Source: an uncultured Nitrososphaerota archaeon
GTDB taxonomy: Archaea; Korarchaeota; Korarchaeia; Korarchaeales; Korarchaeaceae
Direction of reading: 5' to 3'
Assembly (NCBI GenBank): GCA_964480775.1
Contig: CAYZRF010000002.1
Coordinates: 30,001 to 62,000 of the forward strand
Length of the DNA stretch: 32,000 bases
Positions 17,547 through 25,843 of the stretch are shown piece after piece. The stretch's first letter is position 1. Each line of letters opens with the position of its first letter. The notes beneath the pieces are model-generated. The model did not search any database. It worked only from the letters and a program-made list of their open reading frames with translations, and was not told where the DNA came from. Made by a program: the position numbers and the translations under genes.

Positions 17547-18409
17547 TCACTGTACACCGCCGCAGAAGCATATCCAACTACGGCTGAAAAATCTCCCGTA
17601 ACATCCCCGCTAGTTCTGTAATCTAGGATAACAACCCTCTTTCCTCCTAGCAGTTTAGAGCCAATAAGCATAGTCATAACAGGCCCATAGCCACACATAG
17701 ATATGTTTAGTTCTACAACTCTTTTATAAACGGCTTCCTCACTCATACTTTCTAAAGCATGAAGAACGAAGTTATCTTTTCTTCTGGCCTCGATTTGAGG
17801 TTCGTAGTGAGTAAGATCAGAAGAAGCTATAATGACGACATCCTTCTTAGAAGAAGTAACTGCATCTAAAATAGCCCTTCCTAAGAGTCTAGATGATTGG
17901 AGATCTTGAGCTAGCATGATAATAGGGACGATTCTAAAATTTTCGCCATAAATAGCTTGTAGAAAGGGGATTTGAACCTCTATCGAATGTTCAAACCTAT
18001 GTGAAACGAAATCCTCTTCTGCTAGCTCACATCTCTCTTCTATGAGTGTGCTGATTTCAGAATCTATCTCAACCCCCCCTAGAGGAGTCTCCCAAACCCC
18101 TTTCTTCATCAAGGATATTGGTCCACCCAATCCAGTGTGATTTGGCCCTATTATAATGAAGGTTTCTGGTGCACCATCTTCGGCAAGCGTTTGATAGGCT
18201 TTTGCAGCGGTTGGACCTGAATACATGTAACCAGCATGAGGAACCATCAGTCCTCTTATCTTCCGAGGTCCTGAGAGGTTTGGTTTAGGTATACTGGGTG
18301 AACCTATGCTCTTAAAAGCCCACTCAATCATGCTGATCAACTTAGCAGGATCTATAGGGTAAAACTGACCTGCTACAGCGGGTGGACGTTTCATCTGATA
18401 TAGATTCAC
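17543..18409 (-). CDS. MEMO1 / AmmeMemoRadiSam system protein B family
   Basis: AGQFYP near the N-terminus, [10 protein letters not shown], and typical length. 4-nt overlaps with both neighbours. Confidence 0.85.
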   Translation of the reverse strand: MNLYQMKRPPAVAGQFYPIDPAKLISMIEWAFKSIGSPSIPKPNLSGPRKIRGLMVPHAGYMYSGPTAAKAYQTLAEDGAPETFIIIGPNHTGLGGPISLMKKGVWETPLGGVEIDSEISTLIEERCELAEEDFVSHRFEHSIEVQIPFLQAIYGENFRIVPIIMLAQDLQSSRLLGRAILDAVTSSKKDVVIIASSDLTHYEPQIEARRKDNFVLHALESMSEEAVYKRVVELNISMCGYGPVMTMLIGSKLLGGKRVVILDYRTSGDVTGDFSAVVGYASAAVYSE

Positions 18410-19047
18410 CTCAAACCTACAATTCTCGTGGCAAACTCCTCATAATCTACATCCAACTCTCCATCTGGAGGGATGTCTCCTCTAACCCTCAAAACTTCTC
18501 TTGTCAATAGCCAAAAGACTAGAGCTAACGACCTTCTACCTTTGTTATTGACTGGGATAGCAAGGTCTATGTTACTAAGCACGTTGTCTGCATCCACAAG
18601 GGCAACAACTGGAATACCTGCTTTTATGGCTTCCTTGTGGGCCTGTTTATCCACCCTTGGATCTGATAAGACGATCACATCTGGCTCAATGTATTCTGGC
18701 GAGCTTGGATTGGTTAACATGCCAGGCAAAAATCGACCAGTTATGGCCTTTGCTCCAACATATTTGGCGAACATTCTTACGGGTTTGAAACCATATATTC
18801 TTACTGAAGTAGCCAGAATCTTCGAAGGTTCAAATCTAGCGAGGAATTTTGCAGCAATCCTAATTCGTTCATCAGTTTTGTCTATGTCTAGTATGGCTAA
18901 CCCGTCTGGTCTTATCTTGTATATGAATCGTTCCATGTCTTTGGTGTGAACTTTGGTGCCTACCTGTACTCCAGAAGATAGGTATTTCTGCCTAGGAATT
19001 AGAAGCTCTTCTTCCACGACATCAGGCCTATCATCAACTTCGCTCAT
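18406..19047 (-). CDS. rps2: Ribosomal protein S2 (uS2)
   Basis: [22 protein letters not shown] and [27 protein letters not shown]. Confidence 0.93.
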   Translation of the reverse strand: MSEVDDRPDVVEEELLIPRQKYLSSGVQVGTKVHTKDMERFIYKIRPDGLAILDIDKTDERIRIAAKFLARFEPSKILATSVRIYGFKPVRMFAKYVGAKAITGRFLPGMLTNPSSPEYIEPDVIVLSDPRVDKQAHKEAIKAGIPVVALVDADNVLSNIDLAIPVNNKGRRSLALVFWLLTREVLRVRGDIPPDGELDVDYEEFATRIVGLR

Positions 19048-19103
19048 TATCCATCCCTCTTCAAAGGAGAACTCTACTTATAAAACTAAATCATGCCTTA
19101 GAT

Positions 19104-19313
19104 CTACCGCTCTCTATGTCTGTATGGAGAGAACCTGAGGTACTCAGGTGCTAAATCGATATGAGCAAGGAAAATTCTCCTACAACAATATCTATCTATT
19201 CCTAGATCATCTAAAACTTTCTTAGGACTCTCTCCAGACATAACTCTCCTTGAATATTCTCCCCATTTATCACCTATGATTTTGCCGCAGGTGAAACATC
19301 TTATTGGAAACAA
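19104..19313 (-). CDS. rpoN: DNA-directed RNA polymerase subunit N (Rpo10)
   Basis: MFPIRCFTCGKIIGDKW...RYCCRR zinc-bundle motif. Confidence 0.93.
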   Translation of the reverse strand: MFPIRCFTCGKIIGDKWGEYSRRVMSGESPKKVLDDLGIDRYCCRRIFLAHIDLAPEYLRFSPYRHRER

Positions 19314-19544
19314 CTTTACGTCCCTCTTCTCAGCTACTGGCGCTCTAAGGGCATAAATAAATTTTATTAAATCGATTAAAAGACTTTTCTGTCAATTTAA
19401 TGATCAAATACTTCAGGAGAAGGAAGATATGGCCATATGGCTCATTTAACTTTTCTCAAATAAAGAAATTCTTTTTTCTAATTGATTAGCTTGTTTTAGT
19501 TATCACTAAAAGCATGCAATGGTTAGAGTAATGGAGGGGGTAGG

Positions 19545-20513
19545 ATGAGTTATGAGCTTTGGGTCGAAAAATACCGCCCAAAAAAGTTAGATGACATAGT
19601 TGACCAAGAAGAAGTCGTAGAAGCACTAAAAGGATTTGTTAAGAGTGGCTCTATCCCTCATTTGCTGTTTGCAGGACCTCCTGGAACAGGAAAAACCACT
19701 GCTGCGATTGCTCTGGCAAATGAGATCTATGGTCAAGAAGACTTGGTTCAAGCCAACTATCTCGAACTCAATGCTTCTGATGAGCGAGGCATCGACACAA
19801 TTCGCACGAAAATAAAGGATTTCGCAAAAACAGCGGCTACTGGCGGAGTACCTTATAAAATAATACATCTTGATGAGGCTGATCATTTAACACCCCAAGC
19901 ACAGCATGCCTTGAGAAGAATCATGGAGATGTATTCGTCGAGCACCAGATTCATACTTGCCTGTAATTACTCCTCTAGAATTATAGAACCAATTCAATCA
20001 AGAACAGCTGTGTTCAGATTTCTTCCTTTACCAGAATCCGCTATAAAAGATCGACTGAGATATATTGCTGAAAAAGAAGGAGTTGTCATTTCGGATGAAG
20101 GATTAGATGCAATTGTATATGTTAGTGAGGGGGATCTTAGGAGAGCGATTAACACTCTACAAACCATATCTGTTGTGGGAAAGAAAATAGATAAGGATCT
20201 TGTATTCAAAATGGCTGGTCTAGCTAGACCTGAGAAGGTTGAGAAGATGATAAAAGCAGCATATGAAGGGAATTTCTTAGAAGCAAGAGAACTACTGAGA
20301 GAATTGATGCTACAAGACGGAGTTTCAGGAGAAGATCTAATTAGACAAATTTACAGAGAAATTTCCATGTCAGATAAGTTTTCGGACACTGAAAAGGCAA
20401 GATTAATCTCATATATAGGAGAGGTAGATTTCAGACTGGCTCTAGGAATACATCCAGATATTCAGCTTGGATTTTTGCTTGCGCAGATACATGAACTTGG
20501 ATCAACGAGGTGA
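19545..20513 (+). CDS. rfcS: Replication factor C small subunit
   Basis: WVEKYRPKKLDDIV, GPPGTGKTT, LDEADHLT, SRTAVFRF (SRC motif). GGAGGGGGT SD lies upstream of the ATG. Confidence 0.95.
   Translation: MSYELWVEKYRPKKLDDIVDQEEVVEALKGFVKSGSIPHLLFAGPPGTGKTTAAIALANEIYGQEDLVQANYLELNASDERGIDTIRTKIKDFAKTAATGGVPYKIIHLDEADHLTPQAQHALRRIMEMYSSSTRFILACNYSSRIIEPIQSRTAVFRFLPLPESAIKDRLRYIAEKEGVVISDEGLDAIVYVSEGDLRRAINTLQTISVVGKKIDKDLVFKMAGLARPEKVEKMIKAAYEGNFLEARELLRELMLQDGVSGEDLIRQIYREISMSDKFSDTEKARLISYIGEVDFRLALGIHPDIQLGFLLAQIHELGSTR
20507..20513 (+). promoter_or_regulatory. GAGGTGA Shine-Dalgarno-like heptamer containing the rfcS stop codon
   Basis: Exact GAGGTGA. Its TGA is the rfcS stop, and CTG 20520 lies 6 nt downstream. 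The same heptamer occurs at the taw1-pyrH junction. Confidence 0.45.
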
Positions 20514-20519
20514 AGTGCT

Positions 20520-21722
20520 CTGCAGCTATGGACTGAGAAGTACCGTCCAAAGAGGCTAGATGAAATAATTGGCCAGACATCAGCAATAAGAGAGATCAGG
20601 GAGTGGATTGAAAAAGTTAAGAAAAAGACCAATAAAAAGGCTCTCCTTCTCTATGGCCCACCTGGAACGGGGAAAACTTCGGCCGCACACGCCATAGCAA
20701 ATGAGTTAGAATACGATGCTGTAGAAATAAACGCAAGTGAAGTAGCGGCTGGAGAGAAGCTAAAATCAATAATTAGTAATTTAGGGGCCGTCTCTCTTTT
20801 TGGCAAAGGAAGGCTTATAATAATTGATGAAGCGGATGCACTTTCTTCTGCTGAAGCCAGAGAAATAGCTAAGTTGGCTGAGAAGCTTGTGTCAATCTGT
20901 CCGATAGTTATTACGGTTAACGATATGTACAGAAACGTCCTCCCAGAAATTCGAAAAATATCTGAGCCAATAAAATTCAACAGATTAAGGTGGACAACAA
21001 TAAGATCAATACTCGCTTCAATAGCGAGAAATGAGGGCATAAACATAAGTATAGATGTTCTAAAGGAGATAGCTGTCAATGCATCTGGAGACTTGAGAGC
21101 AGCCATAAATGATCTCCAAGCTATCTGTCAAGGGTCAACAGAACTTGCCTCTGAGATAGGAAAAATAGTGGGCCAGAGAGATGTTGAAAAAGGCATATTT
21201 GACCTACTCAAAGCTGTATTGATCTATGAGAACTGCGGATATTCGAAAATAGTGATGAGAAATCTGAATCAAGATCCTCGGTTTGTCTTCAGGTGGATTG
21301 AGGAGAACCTACCTCTATTCTATAAAGACCCCAAATCTCTTCGTGCCGCATACGACGCCTTGTCGAGAGCAGATCTCTTCTTTAGAAGGGCCTCAGAAAC
21401 AGGTAAAATGGGTCTCTTATCATATTCCATCGACATGATGACCTTGGGGGTGTGCTCTTCAAAAACACAAAAGCCATCTGGCTGGGTTAAATTTAGGTTT
21501 CCTGAAATAATTAGAAGGAGATCAGCAACCAAAGAAATTAGGAAAGAGGAAAAGGAAATAGCCATATTAATAGCTAAGAAGCTTCACATATCATCTTCAA
21601 AAGTGGTGGAGGAGATTTTCCCCATAATTAAAGAGGACATTAAGAAGAAGGGATCTCTTCTAGAACGCATTTCTCACGAGATAGGGGTTCCAAAGGAAAG
21701 ACTTAGGGAAGTTATTAGCTGA
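20520..21722 (+). CDS. rfcL: Replication factor C large subunit; start codon unresolved (CTG 20520 proposed); the ORF track shows only the 20874 TTG-truncated part
   Basis: Manual translation from 20514 gives SALQLWTEKYRPKRLDEIIGQ...LLLYGPPGTGKTSAAHAIANE...LIIIDEADAL, continuing into the track ORF. The frame is open from TGA 20511 and contains no in-frame ATG/GTG/TTG before 20874. Confidence 0.85.
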   Translation: MQLWTEKYRPKRLDEIIGQTSAIREIREWIEKVKKKTNKKALLLYGPPGTGKTSAAHAIANELEYDAVEINASEVAAGEKLKSIISNLGAVSLFGKGRLIIIDEADALSSAEAREIAKLAEKLVSICPIVITVNDMYRNVLPEIRKISEPIKFNRLRWTTIRSILASIARNEGINISIDVLKEIAVNASGDLRAAINDLQAICQGSTELASEIGKIVGQRDVEKGIFDLLKAVLIYENCGYSKIVMRNLNQDPRFVFRWIEENLPLFYKDPKSLRAAYDALSRADLFFRRASETGKMGLLSYSIDMMTLGVCSSKTQKPSGWVKFRFPEIIRRRSATKEIRKEEKEIAILIAKKLHISSSKVVEEIFPIIKEDIKKKGSLLERISHEIGVPKERLREVIS

Positions 21723-21738
21723 TTTTTGTTCTCTTTTG

Positions 21739-22029
21739 TTACTTTTCCTTCAGAGAAAACAGATCTAGAATCTTTCTAGTGACTGGATTTCTCTTGTTCA
21801 ACTTAAAAACCCTAATCCTACCTAGCTTGTATTCTTCCACAATTCCTAGCTCCAATAGGCTACCTAGATGCCTTCGAGTGACCTCAAAGCTGAGATGTGC
21901 CTCTTTAGCAAGGCTTGTTATGTTCAACATTTCAAATTTGGCTAAAAGATATAAGAGCCTAATTCTGCCTTTTGATGAAAGGCTCTGTTCAATTAACTCA
22001 AAAGAGGGTTTCTGATCAACTTCAGACAT
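21739..22029 (-). CDS. Small winged-helix (ArsR-like) DNA-binding protein
   Basis: GRIRLLYLLAKFEMLNITSLAKEAHLSFEVTRRHLGSLLELGIVEE. Its ATG overlaps the orc1/cdc6 stop by 8 nt (ATGTCTGA). Confidence 0.6.
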   Translation of the reverse strand: MSEVDQKPSFELIEQSLSSKGRIRLLYLLAKFEMLNITSLAKEAHLSFEVTRRHLGSLLELGIVEEYKLGRIRVFKLNKRNPVTRKILDLFSLKEK

Positions 22030-23239
22030 TCATATCTTCACCAACTATTGAGCTTTCGATAAGCTGTCTTACTCTCTCTTCAAGTGATTTGGCTGGGAAG
22101 GCGTTCATTCCGATCAGAGTAGTTTGACCTCTGTATCCCTTCCCAGATTTTCTTAATTCGATAAAACCTCTTTCTCCAAGACTCCTGATTCTTCGCCATA
22201 CTGCAGTGTGCCCATAGGGTGGAACTCCGTACTCCTCACAAATCACTCGATACTCCTCTTCTACCTTACCCATACGAACGAGAACATCTTGGCTTTTTAT
22301 TAGCGTCCTAGAAACTGCTAGTAGTAGTATCTTCTCATGTAATGGAAGATCTCTAATTTCCTCATCGGTACATTGCCTCTCCTCCATGGGTCTGTCAAAA
22401 GAGCCAGCTATCCTCACATACTCGGGTAATATCCTGTCACTACCATCCATTTCTGCTAAAAGTGCTGCTTGATGCAATAAACCGATGGCATATCTGGCAG
22501 AACCTCTGTTTGGTTTAGACGCCAACTCTGCTATCTGCTCTAATAGCTCTTCATCATAAGAATCCTCTCTGAGAGCGAGTTTGGCTCTGTATTTTAATAT
22601 ATCAAATAGTTGTTCCTTAGAATAGGGCTCAAAGGTCATTTTAAGTGTTATAAAGCTCCATAAGATCGGTTTTAGCAAGTAGGGGGGAAACCATTCTCTA
22701 ACGATCAGAATGATGGGGGGAGGTTTGATGGGGCTTCCCTCATGTATCCTAAATATCCCATATATGAGTTCTTCTCCCTCCTTTTCATTGCCCCTAAGTT
22801 CCTGAAGCTCGTCTAATATTATGAAAATCCTCTTCTTAGAGGACATAAGCGCGTCCTCTAGGGTTGAAAGCCACTCTGATAAGCTTAAACCTCTTGAGGG
22901 AAATTCAGGATAAATTGTCCTTATGATCTCCCTCAAAACTAAATTTGGGGACCCTTTCTTCTTACAATTCACATATGCTAACTGAAACTTGTCACCAAGT
23001 TCTTTGGCAAAACTCTTTACAAAAAATCTGGAGACTGCTGTTTTTCCGACGCCGATCTTACCTTTTATTAAAACCACTGGACCTGAGCTATCCGCGTTTT
23101 CTTTTAAAGAACTGAATGCTATCCTTAAAGCTTCTAACTCCTTTTCTCTATGAGGAAGAGAAGGAGGAAGATGACTAGGCATGAGTTTTTCTTCATCCTT
23201 TATGATCTTTCTTAAGTTAATGGCCGGAGTGCTTTCCAT
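22022..23239 (-). CDS. cdc6: Orc1/Cdc6 family initiator AAA+ ATPase with C-terminal winged helix
   Basis: LPHREKELEAL, Walker A GKIGVGKT, Walker B IILDELQEL, FEPYSKEQLFDILKYRA, sensor-2-like GSARYAIGLL, C-terminal WH AVWRRIRSLGERGFIEL. Confidence 0.9.
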   Translation of the reverse strand: MESTPAINLRKIIKDEEKLMPSHLPPSLPHREKELEALRIAFSSLKENADSSGPVVLIKGKIGVGKTAVSRFFVKSFAKELGDKFQLAYVNCKKKGSPNLVLREIIRTIYPEFPSRGLSLSEWLSTLEDALMSSKKRIFIILDELQELRGNEKEGEELIYGIFRIHEGSPIKPPPIILIVREWFPPYLLKPILWSFITLKMTFEPYSKEQLFDILKYRAKLALREDSYDEELLEQIAELASKPNRGSARYAIGLLHQAALLAEMDGSDRILPEYVRIAGSFDRPMEERQCTDEEIRDLPLHEKILLLAVSRTLIKSQDVLVRMGKVEEEYRVICEEYGVPPYGHTAVWRRIRSLGERGFIELRKSGKGYRGQTTLIGMNAFPAKSLEERVRQLIESSIVGEDMNV

Positions 23240-23282
23240 AATCAGGTATAGATATAAGATCTGGATTCATAATCTTTTCAGA

Positions 23283-24350
23283 CTACTTAGTCAGTCGAGG
23301 GATCTTCCCGAAAAGTTTTCTGAAGTACTTTTGTCTGGCTTCTTTATAGAAAATAAAGATTGAGAGCAAGAGAGATAGCAGTGGTAAACTTGCTATAAAT
23401 AGCTTAAACAACCCCGCTTTTCTTAGAAACCACTCTGCTTCGGAAATGAGTTCTTCAAGATACTTGTTGCTTAAAATTTGAAATGCCCTCTCCTCATATT
23501 TAGCAATTGAAACTTTCTCCAGAAGCTTCAAACCTCTCTCTTTGTCGAGCGCATAGGGCAAATCTTTTCTTAGCTTATTCTCTAGGTTCTCAAGCGTTTC
23601 CAAAATCTTTTTCTCATCATCACCTATGCTTTTTATATCAAGAAATAGATCTTTAATCCCCGCTACTGACGGATCTCTCCTTTCAATCGACGGATCTCTA
23701 AACAACCAAATCAAAGTTAATCTATCCTCTTTCCAGTCTACATAAATAGAAGACTGCCTTGGAACAACTTGGATAGCTGAATATCCTTTAGGAAGTGTTA
23801 CGGTGAGTTTTAAAACATCTACTAAGACTAGAGGTAGTGGAGGCCTTAAGATTGTTACCCACTGAAGAACGCCTCCTCTTATTAGCTGGAGAAATCCACC
23901 TCTGAACTCATAGTGGGCCCAATATTCTCCAGCTTTTCCAAGAACAGGCTCTCCTTCTCCGGTCATGTTAAAGCTTATTGATATTCTACTCCAATTTGGT
24001 CCTTTAATGAAATCAACTCGAGGTTCAACATCAGCGTTAAATCTAATAGTACTTGTTCCTTTAGGCTCGCCAGCTTCTGCACATTTTTCCTTGACGTATG
24101 TAACTAATCTATTCCTGAAATACTCTCTCAGGGTTTCATTGTCGAAAATAACAGCCAAAGCAGATCCTGAAACGCGATATGACGTGTAATTGATTACAAC
24201 ATTAAGATTTCTCTCATCGACAAAATACAATGAGGCATCTGCAACTCCGAGCACCCTCATTTCCTTGGAAGCTTCTAATGGCTCTGATAGAACTGTAAAG
24301 AGCGATACGATCACAATTATACCGAGAATCGCAGTTTTTTGTCTGTTCAA
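23283..24350 (-). CDS. Type-I membrane protein of unknown function (N-terminal signal/anchor, large extracytoplasmic domain, coiled-coil-like segment, C-terminal TM)
   Basis: N-terminal TAILGIIVIVSLFTVL. C-terminal LFKLFIASLPLLSLLLSIFIFY followed by a basic tail. No family recognised. Confidence 0.55.
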   Translation of the reverse strand: MNRQKTAILGIIVIVSLFTVLSEPLEASKEMRVLGVADASLYFVDERNLNVVINYTSYRVSGSALAVIFDNETLREYFRNRLVTYVKEKCAEAGEPKGTSTIRFNADVEPRVDFIKGPNWSRISISFNMTGEGEPVLGKAGEYWAHYEFRGGFLQLIRGGVLQWVTILRPPLPLVLVDVLKLTVTLPKGYSAIQVVPRQSSIYVDWKEDRLTLIWLFRDPSIERRDPSVAGIKDLFLDIKSIGDDEKKILETLENLENKLRKDLPYALDKERGLKLLEKVSIAKYEERAFQILSNKYLEELISEAEWFLRKAGLFKLFIASLPLLSLLLSIFIFYKEARQKYFRKLFGKIPRLTK

Positions 24351-24466
24351 GCTAGATCACCACCCAATTCACCAAGCGGAATCTTAAAGATAATTGTCAT
24401 ATTGTGAATCTCGTTTAAGTATTAGGTCAGTCAATACTATAAACGAACCCAAGAGGTATCATGTAG

Positions 24467-25627
24467 ATGACCAGGACCAACATAGATGAAAGTGCCTACC
24501 TAAGATGGCTATTGAAGTATAATCCATTTATTCATCTATCAAGTGAGAGTCTAAAATCTGTCGGTAATTTTCATGTATGGACTGAAACTGATAAGACCTT
24601 TTGGAACGCAGTAAAGGAGTTCTTAGAGAACAAGAAAAAGAACCTAGTCTTTTTAGTAGGTGAATTTGGAAGTGGTAAGACCCACAGGTTAAGACTTCTT
24701 TATGAGACTCTAGAAGAGGTTCCTTGCATCTACATAAAAGTGGATTCTCAAGATTCGCGTGATGTGATGAAAGGAATAGAAGCAGCACTACATTCTCTTG
24801 AAATAATCCCTGCAAGGCACCTAAAGAAGGTTATTCTTTCACTTGCTGGGAGAAAATCAGACGGATATGTTAGCGATCCCGCAACAGCAGCTAAGGAAGC
24901 CGCTTCAATGATGAACAATAGAGAAGAAGCCATCCTTTTGATAGATGAGATAGAAAACGTGATATTAAATAACTCAGAAGAGGATGCTAAGGCTTTCACA
25001 AAATACCTCAAATCCCTCTACAATGCCCTTTCAGATGGAAAAATGATAGTAGTTGCTTGCATACCAAAGGCATACGAGGCTATTAAACACCTATTGTGGG
25101 GTCTTGATCCGCCTCCAACCGTAGTTAGAGTAAAGAATATCACCGACGAGGAAGCCAGAGAGATCATTGATCGACGACTAAAGTTAGTTTTTGATTTCAA
25201 AAAGGAAGGAAGCATTTTCGGAAATCATTTTCTAAGTAAAGAAACGATTGCTGAACTGAATAAGATATCTAAAGGAAATCCAAGAAAGTTAATGCAGCTT
25301 TTCAGGAACATCCTACTTACAACTTCGAGTCTAGACGATAAAGAAGTAAAAAAGGCTTTAAGGACGTTAAGCGGTGTGAAACAGGAGGCTGAGACAGAAG
25401 AGAAAGAAACTCCTAAGTACGAGGAATATATCAGAAGAATAAGGGCTAGAATTGGAAATAGGAAATTCTTTTCCCTAATAGAGGCTGCAGAGGCTACCAG
25501 GCTATCTCTAATTGACATAAAATCTGTTTTAAACGAATTAAAGGCTCAAAATCTTATAATTAAGAAAGGGGTAAGATATTACTTCACTGAAAGTGCGCTT
25601 AAGCTTGTAGAGATGGCTAGTAGCTAG
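24467..25627 (+). CDS. Divergent Orc1/Cdc6-like or Arch_ATPase-like AAA+ ATPase with C-terminal winged helix
   Basis: N-terminal YNPF, Walker A GEFGSGKTH, Walker B LLIDEIENV, VRVKNITDEEAREIIDRRL, sensor-2-like GNPRKLMQLFRN, C-terminal wHTH FSLIEAAEATRLSLIDIKSVLNELKAQNLI. Confidence 0.7.
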   Translation: MTRTNIDESAYLRWLLKYNPFIHLSSESLKSVGNFHVWTETDKTFWNAVKEFLENKKKNLVFLVGEFGSGKTHRLRLLYETLEEVPCIYIKVDSQDSRDVMKGIEAALHSLEIIPARHLKKVILSLAGRKSDGYVSDPATAAKEAASMMNNREEAILLIDEIENVILNNSEEDAKAFTKYLKSLYNALSDGKMIVVACIPKAYEAIKHLLWGLDPPPTVVRVKNITDEEAREIIDRRLKLVFDFKKEGSIFGNHFLSKETIAELNKISKGNPRKLMQLFRNILLTTSSLDDKEVKKALRTLSGVKQEAETEEKETPKYEEYIRRIRARIGNRKFFSLIEAAEATRLSLIDIKSVLNELKAQNLIIKKGVRYYFTESALKLVEMASS

Positions 25628-25640
25628 TCTGGGCGTGAAG

Positions 25641-25648
25641 TTTTATAG
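25641..25648 (+). promoter_or_regulatory. TATA box (TTTTATAG) positioned for the candidate sRNA
   Basis: Its centre lies about 24 nt upstream of the first G of the GC-rich element at 25669. Confidence 0.4.
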
Positions 25649-25660
25649 ATCTATTCCTCC

Positions 25661-25666
25661 TTTTTT
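25661..25666 (+). terminator. T6 tract downstream of the AAA+/wHTH gene
   Basis: TTTTTT lies 34 nt after the stop codon at 25625-25627. Confidence 0.3.
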
Positions 25667-25668
25667 AA

Positions 25669-25746
25669 GGGCGGGGGCGAGGATCGATTCGAGCCCGGCG
25701 AGATATTATGTTCAATGAGCGTGATCTTGAGTAGTGAGCCCCGCCC
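25669..25746 (+). ncRNA. Candidate structured sRNA of unknown class with a K-turn-like (C/D-like) base
   Basis: GC-rich 78-nt island in an AT-rich spacer. Terminal helix GGGCGGGG (25669-25676) / CCCCGCCC (25739-25746) plus C25678-G25738. Next come bulge GAG and GA (25682-83) opposite GA (25736-37), with U25684 opposite U25735. An imperfect helix 25685-25693 / 25726-25734 follows. A TATA box lies upstream. The element does not fold as a cloverleaf. Confidence 0.4.
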
Positions 25747-25812
25747 AATTTAGGGGAATTGTTAGCTTATCATGAAGAAGAATTTGAGAACAGCACCTTT
25801 CTGTTCCGTAAC

Positions 25813-25821
25813 ATTATTAAA
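25813..25821 (+). promoter_or_regulatory. TATA-like box upstream of tRNA-Val
   Basis: ATTATTAAA is centred about 27 nt upstream of the tRNA 5' end. Confidence 0.4.
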
Positions 25822-25843
25822 TTCCTAATGAAGCTAACCAAAG

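Noticed and set aside
19314-19544. 230-nt AT-rich rpoN/rfcS divergent spacer as a possible replication origin or ncRNA locus (contains the palindrome ATATGGCCATAT)
   Set aside because: There are no repeated ORB-like boxes and no GC-rich structured segment. The only ORF is tiny. The region is adequately explained as two divergent promoters.
20528-20537. +1 programmed frameshift (AUG GAC U|GAG) as the rfcL start mechanism
   Set aside because: The arithmetic works, since skipping U20534 enters the RFC frame. However, tRNA-Asp on GAC cannot re-pair in the +1 frame (ACU), and the ATG lies 14 nt from the SD. It is kept only as a minor alternative within the rfcL finding.
25669-25746. Reading the GC-rich element as a tRNA, a split-tRNA half or a permuted tRNA
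   Set aside because: GGGCGGG/CCCGCCC could form a 7-bp acceptor stem with discriminator A. However, on neither strand is there a T arm (G53-UUCRANY-C61) next to the 3' acceptor strand, a D arm, or U8. No anticodon arm could be built.
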